DNA of 64,000 nucleotides, taken from Myxococcota bacterium (GTDB lineage Bacteria; Myxococcota_A; UBA9160). The notes under the pieces were generated by a model. It searched no databases. It was not told where the DNA came from and saw nothing but the letters and a program-made list of their open reading frames with translations. A program made the translations under genes and the position numbers. The stretch is from NCBI GenBank assembly GCA_035542715.1, contig DATKKW010000024.1, forward strand, positions 43,062 to 107,061. The letters run 5' to 3'. Shown here in pieces: positions 1 through 11,231 of the stretch (the first letter of the stretch is position 1; every line of letters begins with the position of its first letter).

Positions 1-1
1 G

Positions 2-1372
2 ACCGGAACGGACGACGGGCTGCTCTACGCCGTGAAGGGGCTCCTGGGCTTCTATCCCGGCTACTTCAACCTTCGTCCCTACTACGAGACCGTTGCCGAG
101 TACGGAGACTGGGAGAGCCGCGACATCTGGGAGTACCGCCTCGCGCTGACGCCGGCCGAGGTCGAGCGCCTGCTCGAGCACGTCTGGGAGCTCGAGGGCG
201 TCGCCTTCTCCTACTACTACTTCGACGAGAACTGCACCTGGCAGCTCCTGGGCCTGCTGCAGGTGGCGCGGCCCGAGGCGCGCTTCGCCGAGCGCCGGCG
301 CCCATGGGTGATCCCGGCGGACGCGCTGCGCGCCCTCGCCGAGGAGCCCGGCCTCGTGGCCGAGGTGTCCTGGCGTCCCTCGTCGGCGACGCGGCTGCGC
401 TTCGCGGCGGGCTCGCTCGGCGCGTCGGAGCAGGAGCTCGCCCGGAGCCTCGCCGCGGGCGCGGCGACGCCCACGGACGGGCGCCTCGCCGCGCTGCCGC
501 CGTCGGTTCGCGCCGACGTGCTGGCCCTCGCGTACGACCGGCTCCGCTACGCATACCTGCGCGGCGAGATCGCCCGCGACGAGTCCGCGCCACGCGCCCG
601 GGCCCTGCTCCTCGCGCGCAGCGCCGTCGTGCTGCCCGAGCCCGAGGAGCCCGCCGCTCCGCCGCGGCCCGCCGTCGCCCCCGAGAACGGCCACCACTCG
701 TCGCGCGCGTCCCTCGGCGGCGGCGTCGATCGCGGCGGCGGCTACCTGGAGCTCGGCTTCCGTCCGGCGCTCCAGGACCTGCTCGATCCGGAGGGCGGCT
801 ACACCGCGGGTGCGCAGGTGCAGATGGCCTCCGTCGCGCTGCGCGTGTATCCGGACGCGGCTCGCGTCCGGCTGGAAGACCTCGTGCTCGTCGACGTCGA
901 GTCGCTGCCCGCGTGGGATCGCATGCTCCGACCGATTGCCTGGCGGATGGACCTCGGCGTCCGGTCGCGCGCGCTGCCCGACGCCGGCGACCGTCGCGAG
1001 CTCGATCCGCGGGACGTGCTCCGCGCCTCGGCGGGCGGCGGCCTCGCCTTCGATCCCTTGCCGCACCTCCGTCTCTACGGATTCGCGGAGGCCGTCGCCG
1101 AGGCGGGCTTCCATCTCGAGCCGGCCTATGCGCTCGCACCGGGGGCGACGCTGGGCGTGACGCTCGGTGAGCCCGACGACCGCATGAAGCTCCATGCCTA
1201 CGCGCGCTGGCGCAGCTTCGTGGTCGGCGACGACACCACGACCTTGTCGCTCGGCCTGGAGCAACGCTTCGCCGTGGGGCGCGACACGGCGATCGTGCTG
1301 CGCGGCGCGCGCGAGCAGGCCTACGGACGCGGCTGGATCGAGGGCCAGGCGCTGCTCGAGCTCTTCTTCTAG
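2..1372 (+). CDS. DUF4105 / Lnb-like periplasmic domain protein (5' end cut by window edge)
   Basis: The frame is open from base 2. The ORF-track protein (32..1372) has ordinary composition and carries YYYFDENCTWQLL, which I recall as typical of DUF4105 domains. The N-terminus lies upstream of the window. Confidence 0.7.
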   Translation, partial: TGTDDGLLYAVKGLLGFYPGYFNLRPYYETVAEYGDWESRDIWEYRLALTPAEVERLLEHVWELEGVAFSYYYFDENCTWQLLGLLQVARPEARFAERRRPWVIPADALRALAEEPGLVAEVSWRPSSATRLRFAAGSLGASEQELARSLAAGAATPTDGRLAALPPSVRADVLALAYDRLRYAYLRGEIARDESAPRARALLLARSAVVLPEPEEPAAPPRPAVAPENGHHSSRASLGGGVDRGGGYLELGFRPALQDLLDPEGGYTAGAQVQMASVALRVYPDAARVRLEDLVLVDVESLPAWDRMLRPIAWRMDLGVRSRALPDAGDRRELDPRDVLRASAGGGLAFDPLPHLRLYGFAEAVAEAGFHLEPAYALAPGATLGVTLGEPDDRMKLHAYARWRSFVVGDDTTTLSLGLEQRFAVGRDTAIVLRGAREQAYGRGWIEGQALLELFF

Positions 1373-1857
1373 GGGGCGGCCGCGCCGCCGTTCCCGACGT
1401 CGAGCCGGAAGAACCAGCCGTCTCCGCCCGTCGTGCCGTACTTGCGCTCGAGCGCCTGGCGGAGCCGCGCCACGAGCGCCGGATCTTCGACGCGGTGCGC
1501 GCTCACGTCGTACAGCGAGGAGTCCACGCGCAACACCGCGTGCGGATCGTTCGCCAGCACCGCGGGCCAGATCTTCCACTCGGGAAGGCTCGACGGCACG
1601 TAGACGATGCCGTCCACGACGAGCACCCAGACGTTCACCGAGCGCGGCGCGGCCGGATTCACCTGGAGCTGCACTTCGCGGCGGCGGGCCAAGGTCGCGG
1701 GGTCGGGGAGCGGCGAGGCGGTGAACGTGCCGCGGAGCGCGCCCCCCGAGATCGGGCCGATCGGTCCGCCCGTCCAGCGCGCGACGTAGCCGGTGATCCC
1801 CGCGGCCAGGGAGAGCGCACCCACGACGAAGAAGAACCAGCGCAGGGCGCGCCGCAT
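1369..1857 (-). CDS. membrane-anchored hypothetical protein
   Basis: ATG at 1857 gives MRRALRWFFFVVGALSLAAG, an N-terminal TM anchor. Composition is normal. The 3' end overlaps the preceding gene by 4 nt, tail to tail. The longer track start at 1884 is less likely. Confidence 0.55.
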   Translation of the reverse strand: MRRALRWFFFVVGALSLAAGITGYVARWTGGPIGPISGGALRGTFTASPLPDPATLARRREVQLQVNPAAPRSVNVWVLVVDGIVYVPSSLPEWKIWPAVLANDPHAVLRVDSSLYDVSAHRVEDPALVARLRQALERKYGTTGGDGWFFRLDVGNGGAAAP

Positions 1858-1898
1858 CGGGCCTCCCGGACCAGGGGGCCCCATTCTAGACTCGCCGC

Positions 1899-2762
1899 AT
1901 GGTGTCCGGGGTGACGGATCGTGCGCGCGCGCGTGCGAGCTTCGAGGCGCTGGTGCGAGGGCGAGGCGACGGCGTGCCGCTGGCGGAAGGAGCCCTGTGG
2001 GTCGCCGCCGAGGCGGATCCCAGCGTGCCGGTCGAGGACACCCTGCTGCGTATCGACGCGCTGGCGGAGGAAGGCGCGGCGCGCTGCGCGGGCGCCCGGA
2101 GCGCGGCCGAGCGGATCGAGGCGCTCGCGGCGTACTTCCGGCACGCCGGCTTCCGCGGGAACCGGGAGGACTACTACGACCCGCGCAACAGCTACCTGCA
2201 CGAGGTCCTCGCGCGCCGTACGGGCATCCCGATCACGCTCGCGATCCTCTACCTCGAGGTGGCACGGAAGCTGGACTGGCCGGTCCAGGGAGTGAGCTTC
2301 CCGGGACACTTCCTGGTGAAGCATCCGATCGAGGGCCGAGGCGCGGGCGCGCCGGCCGAGGTCGTGCTCGATCCCTTCTCGGCGCGCGTGCTCGACGAGG
2401 CCGCGTGCCGCGCGCTCTTCGAGCGCGCCCTCGGTCCGAGCGTCCCGTTCGATCGGCGCTGGCTGCGCGGCGCCACCGTGCGCGAGATCCTGGCTCGCCT
2501 CCTCGGCAACCTGAAGCAGATCCACGTCGAGCGCGGCGAGCTCGAGGCCGCGCTCGCCTGCTGCGAGCGCATCCTGCTCCTGTTTCCCGACGCGCCCGGC
2601 GAGCTCCGCGATCGCGGCCTCGTCTACCACCGCCTCGAGTGCTTCGGCGCCGCGCGGGCCGATCTCGAGCGCTTCCTCGCGCTCGCGCCCGGCGACCCCT
2701 CGGCCGACGCGGTGCGGGAGCTCCTGGCGGAGGTGGCGCGCGACGCCGCGCGCGTGAGCTAG
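1899..2762 (+). CDS. SirB1/YchA-like transglutaminase-like + TPR protein
   Basis: 287 aa. It contains GFRGNREDYYDPRNSYLHEVLARRTGIPITLAILYLEVARKL and a C-terminal TPR-like helical region, the pattern of the SirB1 (UPF0162) family. Confidence 0.7.
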   Translation: MVSGVTDRARARASFEALVRGRGDGVPLAEGALWVAAEADPSVPVEDTLLRIDALAEEGAARCAGARSAAERIEALAAYFRHAGFRGNREDYYDPRNSYLHEVLARRTGIPITLAILYLEVARKLDWPVQGVSFPGHFLVKHPIEGRGAGAPAEVVLDPFSARVLDEAACRALFERALGPSVPFDRRWLRGATVREILARLLGNLKQIHVERGELEAALACCERILLLFPDAPGELRDRGLVYHRLECFGAARADLERFLALAPGDPSADAVRELLAEVARDAARVS

Positions 2763-3625
2763 CGGCGGGCGCGCAGGCGGATCAGGCCTTCCTGCACTGC
2801 CGTCACGACCAGCCGACCGTCGCGCGTGTAGAAGTTCCCCATCGCGAGGCCCCGTGCGCCCGAGGCGGAGGGGCTCCGCTGGTCGTAGAGCAGCCACTCG
2901 TCGGCGCGGAACGGGCGGTGGAACCACATCGCGTGGTCGAGGCTCGCCATCTGGAAGCGGGGGTCCCACCACGAGACGGCGTGGGGAAGGGTGGCGGTAT
3001 CGAGGAGCGTCATGTCCGAGGCGTAGGCCAGCACGCACTGGTGGAGCAGCGGGTCGTCGGGCAGGCGGCCGTCCGCGCGGATCCACACCTGCTGTCGCGG
3101 CTCGCGCTTCTCGGGCTTCAGGAAGCTCATCGGCTGCACCGGTCGCACGTCGATCGGTCGCGGGCGCGTGAGCCACTTCTTCATCTCTTCGGGCATCCCC
3201 TCCACGACCTGCGCGAGGCGCCCCTTCGACTGGAGGATCGTCTCCGGGTCGGGCGCCTCGGGCATCGTGTCCTGGTGCTCGAGGCCCTCCTCCGGGACCT
3301 GGAACGACGCCTGCAAGTGGAAGATCGCCTGGCCGTGCTGGATCGCGACCACGCGCCGCGTGGCGAAGCTCTTGCCGTCGCGGATGCGGTCGACCTCGTA
3401 GAGGATCGGGATCAGGGGATCGCCCGGCCGCAGGAAGTAGGCGTGCAGCGAGTGGACGACGCGCTCCTCGACGGTCCGGCAGGCGGCGACGAGCGCCTGG
3501 CCCGCGACCTGGCCGCCGAACACGCGCTGGCGATCCTCCTGGGGGCTGCGGCCCCGGAAGATGTTCACCTCGAGCTCCTCGAGGTCGAGGATCGCGATCA
3601 GCTCGTCGAGCACCTGCTGGGTCAC
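2759..3625 (-). CDS. tesB: acyl-CoA thioesterase II
   Basis: 288 aa. The N-terminus LDLEELEVNIFRGRSPQ..RVFGGQVAGQAL and the double hot-dog length match TesB. The 3' end overlaps the neighbouring gene by 4 nt. Confidence 0.85.
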   Translation of the reverse strand: MTQQVLDELIAILDLEELEVNIFRGRSPQEDRQRVFGGQVAGQALVAACRTVEERVVHSLHAYFLRPGDPLIPILYEVDRIRDGKSFATRRVVAIQHGQAIFHLQASFQVPEEGLEHQDTMPEAPDPETILQSKGRLAQVVEGMPEEMKKWLTRPRPIDVRPVQPMSFLKPEKREPRQQVWIRADGRLPDDPLLHQCVLAYASDMTLLDTATLPHAVSWWDPRFQMASLDHAMWFHRPFRADEWLLYDQRSPSASGARGLAMGNFYTRDGRLVVTAVQEGLIRLRARR

Positions 3626-3711
3626 GGGGCCTCCTGCCGCGTTCTCGGTCGTGCCGCCGGCGCTCGACGCGGAGCGGTTGCAAGACGCGCGAGCGCCGCG
3701 AAGCTATCGCC

Positions 3712-4491
3712 GTGCCCCTCGTGGTCGCCACCTGGAACGTGAACTCCGTGCGTGCGCGCGAAGCGCGGCTCGTCGCCTTCCTCGAGCGGGCGCGGCCGGA
3801 CGTGCTGTGCCTGCAGGAGCTCAAGGCCGAGGAGGCGGCATTCCCCTTCGAGTCGATCGCGAAGCAGGGCTACCACGCCGCGGTGTACGGCCAGCGGACC
3901 TACAACGGCGTGGCGATCCTCTCGCGCGCGGAGCCGACCGAGGTGCGCCGCGGGATGGGCGAGGGCGACGACGACTCCCACGCGCGGCTGCTCGAGGCCC
4001 GCGTATCCGGGCTGCGCATCGCCTCGGCGTACTTTCCGAACGGCGGCGAGGTCGGGAGCGAGAAGTGGAGCTACAAGCTTGCGTGGATGGAGCGGCTCCG
4101 AGCGCACCTCGCGGCGACGAGCCGCCCCGGCGAGCCCTTCGCGCTGTGCGGCGACTTCAACGTGGCGCCCGAGGAACGCGACGTCGCGAACCCCGAGGCC
4201 TGGAAGGACACCGTCCTGTGCCATCCCGACGCGCGCGCGGCCCTCGCGCGGATCGCCGGGGTGGGCGGCCTCGAGGACGCCTTCCGCCGGGCGCGGCCGG
4301 AGCCCGGCCTCTACACGTGGTGGGACTACCGCCAGCTCGGCTTTCCGCGGAACGATGGCCTGCGCATCGACCACGTCTACGCCAGCGCGCCGCTCGCGGG
4401 CCGCACGAGGGCGGCCGAGATCGATCGCAACGAGCGCAAGGGGAAGCAGCCGAGCGACCACGCGCCGGTCCTGGTGACGTTCGGCGACTGA
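3712..4491 (+). CDS. xthA: exodeoxyribonuclease III
   Basis: 259 aa. VATWNVNSVRAR...VLCLQELK...SDHAPV are the hallmark ExoIII/AP-endonuclease motifs. GTG start. Confidence 0.9.
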   Translation: MPLVVATWNVNSVRAREARLVAFLERARPDVLCLQELKAEEAAFPFESIAKQGYHAAVYGQRTYNGVAILSRAEPTEVRRGMGEGDDDSHARLLEARVSGLRIASAYFPNGGEVGSEKWSYKLAWMERLRAHLAATSRPGEPFALCGDFNVAPEERDVANPEAWKDTVLCHPDARAALARIAGVGGLEDAFRRARPEPGLYTWWDYRQLGFPRNDGLRIDHVYASAPLAGRTRAAEIDRNERKGKQPSDHAPVLVTFGD

Positions 4492-4560
4492 GGGGCGATG
4501 CGGGCGGGCCCGCTGCCCTCCGATGCGGCTCGCCGCGGGCGGCCGGAAGAAGGAAGACCC

Positions 4561-6276
<1,716 letters not shown>

Positions 6277-6290
6277 GCTCCGGCGGCGCG

Positions 6291-7541
6291 CTAGGCGGTG
6301 CTTCCGAAGAAGAGCTCGAGGCGCGGGAGGAAGTTCCGCCGGATGACCTCGGGCCACGCGTAGTGGATCGCCGTCTCGCGCCCGGCGCGCCGCAAGGCGC
6401 GCTCCTCGGCGGGGTGCTGGCGCAGGCGGCGGAACAGGCCCACGAACTCGCGCGGATCGTTCGTCTGCATCACCAGCGCGTTGCGACCGGGAACGGCGTA
6501 GTCCTCGCCGGAGATGCCCGTCACGGCGACGCCGCCCGCGGCCATGGTCTCGAGCCCGACGAGCCCGAAGGGCTCGTGCCCGCTGTTCGCGAGCACCGCG
6601 TCGGCGCCCGCGAAGAGCACGCGCCGGCTCTCGGGGTCGACCGGAAGGCGCAGGTTCAGGATGTCGGCGTCCTCCGCGCCGCTCAGCCGGTCGAGCAGGC
6701 CCGGGATCCCGGTTGCGCTCCCGCACCGATCGGCGATGCGAAGCCCGGCCGCGTGGGCCGCGCGGAAGACCTCGTGACCATGGGCCTCGGAGCCGCCCCG
6801 CGCCACGAGCAGCGGGCGCAGGCCCTGCTGCTTCATCGCCTTCACGATCTCGATCGCGGTGAGCCAACGCTTGTCGGGATCGAAGCGCGCCATCTTCGAC
6901 AGCACGACGCGCTCCGCGAGGCGCCGGCGAAGCTCGCGCACGCCTTCCCGGTCGGGCGGCAGGTACGCGTGGGCCGGGAGACCGTTCGGCACCACGATCG
7001 GGTCGACGCCGAGGTTCCGCATCGAGTGCCGCATGTAGCGGGAGACCGTCGTGATGACGGAAGCGTCATCGAGCCGCCGCCAGTCGATGCGCTCGAAGCC
7101 GAATACGTTGTTGGCGTTCCAGAGGAGGCTCGCGCGGTCGCGCAGGCCGGCCTCGCGCAGGAGCCAGTCGAGGTGGAGCACGCTATGGGCCGTGTGCCAC
7201 TCCTCCGCGAGCACGACGCCGTGACCACCGGCGCGCAGATGCGACGAGAGGAAGTCATGGACGAGGCGAGGCGGGAGCGAGGAGGCGAAGTCGCGCTCCT
7301 TCCCCTCCTCGCCGTCGTACACGCCGCCCGGATGGAAGCGGCTGATCCACTGACACCAGCGGTGCAGATGGAGGTTGCCCCGAACCTCGTATCCGGGCGC
7401 GTCGGGGTCGCCGACGAACCACAGGTGCGTCTCGTAGCCGAGGGCCTCGAGGGACTCCGTCAGGCCTTCGATGCGGCTCGCGATCCCGCCCGCGCGGGCG
7501 TAGCCATCGGGGCCTTCGAAGCTCAGGACATGAAACTGCAT
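6291..7541 (-). CDS. glycosyltransferase family 4 (GT-B, group 1)
   Basis: ATG at 7541 gives MQFHVLSFEGPDGYARAGGIASRIEGL. The C-terminal half has the EPFGLV..E motif of GT4/GT1 retaining transferases. The 35 upstream codons in the track are Arg-rich. Confidence 0.8.
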   Translation of the reverse strand: MQFHVLSFEGPDGYARAGGIASRIEGLTESLEALGYETHLWFVGDPDAPGYEVRGNLHLHRWCQWISRFHPGGVYDGEEGKERDFASSLPPRLVHDFLSSHLRAGGHGVVLAEEWHTAHSVLHLDWLLREAGLRDRASLLWNANNVFGFERIDWRRLDDASVITTVSRYMRHSMRNLGVDPIVVPNGLPAHAYLPPDREGVRELRRRLAERVVLSKMARFDPDKRWLTAIEIVKAMKQQGLRPLLVARGGSEAHGHEVFRAAHAAGLRIADRCGSATGIPGLLDRLSGAEDADILNLRLPVDPESRRVLFAGADAVLANSGHEPFGLVGLETMAAGGVAVTGISGEDYAVPGRNALVMQTNDPREFVGLFRRLRQHPAEERALRRAGRETAIHYAWPEVIRRNFLPRLELFFGSTA

Positions 7542-7836
7542 CGGCGCACTCCCGCGAAACGTGTGAGCAAGATCCGAACCAACTCGCGGTGGGGCGCCAT
7601 CTCGTCGCCGCCGAGCTGCGAATCGGCCCTTCGATGCCGGCTCCAAGAGCGCGGATACGAGACCCAGGGCCGGTAGGAGCAGCGGAGAACACCGCGGAGA
7701 GCTTGGGGGGCCGCAGGTATCCGAGCGCGTTGCCGTACCCTAGCTCCGTCGTGCGACGATTGCAGGTGAAAACTCCGAGAATTGCGTGCGTCGCGCGCGG
7801 GGAAACACCTCGCGCGTGAGGTCGGAAGGATCGAAG

Positions 7837-10428
7837 GTGCGGCGCGGAGTCCTCTCGAGGTGGGGCATCTCGACGCTCTGGTCCGTGCTCGCCGTGGCTT
7901 CGCTCTTCCTCGCGCAGCGTTTGCCCTCGGTCGCCGTGGGCGATCCGTTTCGGTTCTTTCCCGACGACGCGCCGATCCGCACAGCCGCCGCCGCCTTGCG
8001 CGAACGCTTCCCGGGCTCCGACGCCGCGAGCCGGATCGTCCTGGTGGTCGAGACGCGCGACGGGACGCCGGTCCTCCCGAGGGCACGCGCGCCCCTCGAG
8101 CAGCTCGTCTCGCGCCTGCGGCGCGAGCTCGCGGGGGGCGGCGCGCTTCCGATCCTGGCGGCGACCGACGATCCCGTGCTGGAGCGCCGTCTCGCCTCGC
8201 CCGACGGCGGCGGCGCGCTCGTCGTCGTCCCTCTCGCGGTGGGCTTCGCGTCCGAGGAGGCGAGCGCGCTCGTGGCGCGCGTGGAGGCGATCGTGGCCGA
8301 CGAGACGTCGCGCGGCGCGAGCCCGCTGCGCGTGTCCCTGACCGGCGACGGGACGCTCGGGCGCGACTACCTCGTCGCGATCGGAGAGGGAGGCCAGCGC
8401 TCGGGCCTCGCGACCGCGTTGCTCGTGGCGGGGACGCTGCTCCTCGTGCACCGCTCGGTCGGCGCCGCACTGGTGACGCTCGTCACGCTCGGAGCGGCCC
8501 TCGCCGTCTCTCTCGGAGCGGTGACGCTGGCCGCGGAGCTCGGGATGCCCTTCGCGCTCCAGGCGCGGGGCTTCCTGGTGGCGCTGGTCTACGGCGTCGG
8601 CACCGACTACGCGCTCCTCTTCCTCGCGCGCCTGCGCGAGGCGCGCCGCAGCGCCGAGCCGGGCGGGACGTGGGGCGCGGTGCGCGCGAGCCTTCCGGTG
8701 CTCGCGACGAGCGCTGCTGCCGTCGCCCTCGCGTGCGGGCTCATGGGCTTCGCGCGCTTCGGCCTGTTCTCGAGCGCCGGGCCGGCGCTCGCGATCTCGG
8801 TCCTCGTGACGCTCGCCGCCGTGACGACCCTCGCCCCCGCCCTCGCGGAGATCGCGGGCCGCCGTCTCTTCGGCCGTCGCGGCGAGAGCGCCTCGCCGTT
8901 CGGCGCGCGCGTATGGCCGGCGATCGCGCGGCTCGCGCTCGGGCGTCCCATTCTGGTGTCGGTCGTCGCGCTCGCCCTCGTCGCGCCCCTCGCGTGGGGC
9001 GGGCGTCGCGTCGCGCCGTCGTTCGAGGTGGAGCTCGACATCCCGAAGGCCAGCCCCTCCGAGGCGGGCTGGGCGGCCCTCGGCCGCCACTTCCGGCCGT
9101 CCCAGGTCGTGCCGCTCACGATGGCCTTCGAGGCGGACGGGCCGCCGGGCACGCTGCGCACCATGGCGGGCCTCGCCGCGCTCCACGGCTTCACCGAGGC
9201 CCTGGCGCGGGAGCCCGGCGTCGTGCGGGTGTATGCCGCGACCCGGCCGACGGGCGAGGCGGGGCTCCTCGAGCGGGGGACGCTGCGCAATCAGCTCGCC
9301 GAGCTCGATGCCGGGATCAGCCGCGCGAAGACGGGAGCCGGGCGGCTCGCGGAGGGTCTCGAGGCGGCGCGCCGCGACGTCGGCCGCGGGAAGGGCGAGC
9401 TCGCCGGCAAGCGCGAGGCCCTCGATGCCGAGGCGAAGGGATCGCTCATCGCCGCCTTCGTGCCCGATCGGATCGCGGCCGCGAAGCGCGATCTCGCACG
9501 GCTCGACGAGCAGCTCGGGCGCCTCGACGCCGGCCTCGGCGAGGCCGCCGCCGGCGCACGCAGCCTCGAGGCCGGCCTCGAGACGGGCGTGGCGCGCCTC
9601 GACGCCCTCGGCTCGGCGCCGGAGGCGAGCCAGGCCCTCTCGCTCCTCGCGCTGACTCCCGACGACCTCGCGCGCACGCCCGAGCTCGAGCGCGCGTTCT
9701 CCTACTACCTCTCGCCCGACGCGCGCGCGGCGCGCCTCGAGCTCGAGCTCGCGACGCCGCCCAACGCGCCGGCCTCCGTCGCGCTGGCCGATCGGCTCCG
9801 CGTCGAGGCGCCGGCGATGCTCCGCGCTCTCGGCCTGCCCGGCGCGCACGTGTGGCTCGTCGGGCCGACGGCGATCACGGCCGACCTCGCGGCCCTCGCG
9901 CCGGCCGATCTCGAGCGCCTCGCGCTCTGGATCACCGGTGGCGTCTTCCTGCTCCTCGTCCTCCTGCTCCGCAGCGTGACGGCGAGCCTCGCGGTGACGG
10001 CGTTCATCCTGCTCTCCTACCTCGCCGCCCTCGGCGCCCTGGCGCTCCTCGTCGCGCAGGGCGTCTGGCCGGGTCTCGACTGGAAGGCGCCGTTCTTCCT
10101 GTTCGTGCTGCTCGTCGCGATCGGCGCCGACTACGGCGTGTTCGTGCTCGGGCGCGCCCGGGAGGAGGCGCGCGCGCTCCCGTACGCCGCCGCCCTCGCG
10201 CGCGCGCTCGAGGCGACGGGGCCCGTCGTCACCTCCTGCGGCCTCGTGCTCGCAGGGACGTTCGCCACGCTGCTCCTCTCCCGTCTCGCGTTCCTCGAGC
10301 AGGTCGGCGTGGGCATCACCGTGGGTGTCTTGATCGACACGTGCATCGTCCGGCCGTTCCTGCTTCCGGCGGCGGCCCTGCTCCTCGCGCGAGGCGAGGG
10401 CGGCGTGACGCACGTCGTCCCGCGCTAG
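7837..10428 (+). CDS. MMPL/RND-superfamily transporter with coiled-coil insertion
   Basis: There are two 6-TM bundles, each followed by a G(T/A)DY..(L/V)F.L.R.REE motif (GTDYALLFLARLREA and GADYGVFVLGRAREE). GTG at 7837 is preceded by GGAAGG/GAAGG. The track start at 7786 is also possible. Confidence 0.8.
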   Translation: MRRGVLSRWGISTLWSVLAVASLFLAQRLPSVAVGDPFRFFPDDAPIRTAAAALRERFPGSDAASRIVLVVETRDGTPVLPRARAPLEQLVSRLRRELAGGGALPILAATDDPVLERRLASPDGGGALVVVPLAVGFASEEASALVARVEAIVADETSRGASPLRVSLTGDGTLGRDYLVAIGEGGQRSGLATALLVAGTLLLVHRSVGAALVTLVTLGAALAVSLGAVTLAAELGMPFALQARGFLVALVYGVGTDYALLFLARLREARRSAEPGGTWGAVRASLPVLATSAAAVALACGLMGFARFGLFSSAGPALAISVLVTLAAVTTLAPALAEIAGRRLFGRRGESASPFGARVWPAIARLALGRPILVSVVALALVAPLAWGGRRVAPSFEVELDIPKASPSEAGWAALGRHFRPSQVVPLTMAFEADGPPGTLRTMAGLAALHGFTEALAREPGVVRVYAATRPTGEAGLLERGTLRNQLAELDAGISRAKTGAGRLAEGLEAARRDVGRGKGELAGKREALDAEAKGSLIAAFVPDRIAAAKRDLARLDEQLGRLDAGLGEAAAGARSLEAGLETGVARLDALGSAPEASQALSLLALTPDDLARTPELERAFSYYLSPDARAARLELELATPPNAPASVALADRLRVEAPAMLRALGLPGAHVWLVGPTAITADLAALAPADLERLALWITGGVFLLLVLLLRSVTASLAVTAFILLSYLAALGALALLVAQGVWPGLDWKAPFFLFVLLVAIGADYGVFVLGRAREEARALPYAAALARALEATGPVVTSCGLVLAGTFATLLLSRLAFLEQVGVGITVGVLIDTCIVRPFLLPAAALLLARGEGGVTHVVPR

Positions 10429-10461
10429 CCTCGGTCGGCCACCAGGCCCGGGAGGGGACCG

Positions 10462-10809
10462 ATGCCTCGCGCCATCCGCCACGCGCTCTGCCCTGCGATC
10501 GCCGTCGCGGCGCTCCTCGTCGGCTGCACCCAGGAGACCCAGAACCAGCTCGGCCGCTCGATCCAGAACTGGACGGGGACGGACGGCGTTCTCGAGATCT
10601 ACGCCGGCGACAAGGTCGTGCGACGCTTCCTCCACATCGACAAGCTCTCGACGGCCTACGGCACGAAGGACGACCAGTCCCGCCCCTACCGCTTCGGCTA
10701 CGGGGTGCTGGACGAGAACCTGAACTTCGCGGTCGATCCCGGCGAGAAGAAGGTCTACTTCGAGATCAGCGCCTTCGAGAACTACGTCTTCTTCGAGAAC
10801 CCGCATTGA
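10462..10809 (+). CDS. small lipoprotein, unknown function
   Basis: 115 aa. The signal peptide ends in the lipobox LLVGC. Composition is normal. It lies directly downstream of the MMPL gene. Confidence 0.65.
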   Translation: MPRAIRHALCPAIAVAALLVGCTQETQNQLGRSIQNWTGTDGVLEIYAGDKVVRRFLHIDKLSTAYGTKDDQSRPYRFGYGVLDENLNFAVDPGEKKVYFEISAFENYVFFENPH

Positions 10810-11207
10810 ACGCGGGCCGCGCCGCGCACGTCGTGCGCGGCTTCGCGATGCTCGATCTCCTCGTCACGTTTCCCCTCGCGCTGCCGGGCTGGGCGAACGT
10901 GTTCTTCGACCTCTTGTACCGCGCGACGGAGATCGTGGGCCCGGTCGGCGTGCGCTTCGGGTTCTCGGAGCTCGCGTGGCTCTTCGTGCATCTCTCCGGC
11001 GTGCTCGGAGTGCTCTGGGCCCTGGCCCGCCTCGCGACGCCGACGCGCTTCCTCGCCGCCCTCGACGCCGCGGGGCGCTGCGCCGTCGCGGTGCTCCTCG
11101 TGCGCGCGCTGCAGGAGGGGGCCCCGGCCGGGCTCTGGCTCTTCGTCGCGACGGAGCTCGCGGGCGCCGTCGCCCAGGGCGCCGTGGTGTTGCGCGAGCG
11201 CGTGTAG
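10806..11207 (+). CDS. small polytopic membrane protein, unknown function
   Basis: This is the C-terminal part of shadow-extended ORF 7782..11207. It reads as 3-4 hydrophobic helices (MLDLLVTFPLALPGW...LWLFVATELAGAV). TTG at 10806 overlaps the preceding stop (TTGA). ATG at 10848 is the alternative start. Confidence 0.5.
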   Translation: MNAGRAAHVVRGFAMLDLLVTFPLALPGWANVFFDLLYRATEIVGPVGVRFGFSELAWLFVHLSGVLGVLWALARLATPTRFLAALDAAGRCAVAVLLVRALQEGAPAGLWLFVATELAGAVAQGAVVLRERV

Positions 11208-11231
11208 GCGGAGCGGCGCGCGAGCGCCGCC

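Noticed and set aside
7255-10806. 1183-aa minus-strand ORF antisense to the MMPL gene.
   Set aside because: It has the same Arg/Glu/Ala low-complexity composition and no recognisable motifs. The opposite strand encodes a clear MMPL transporter.
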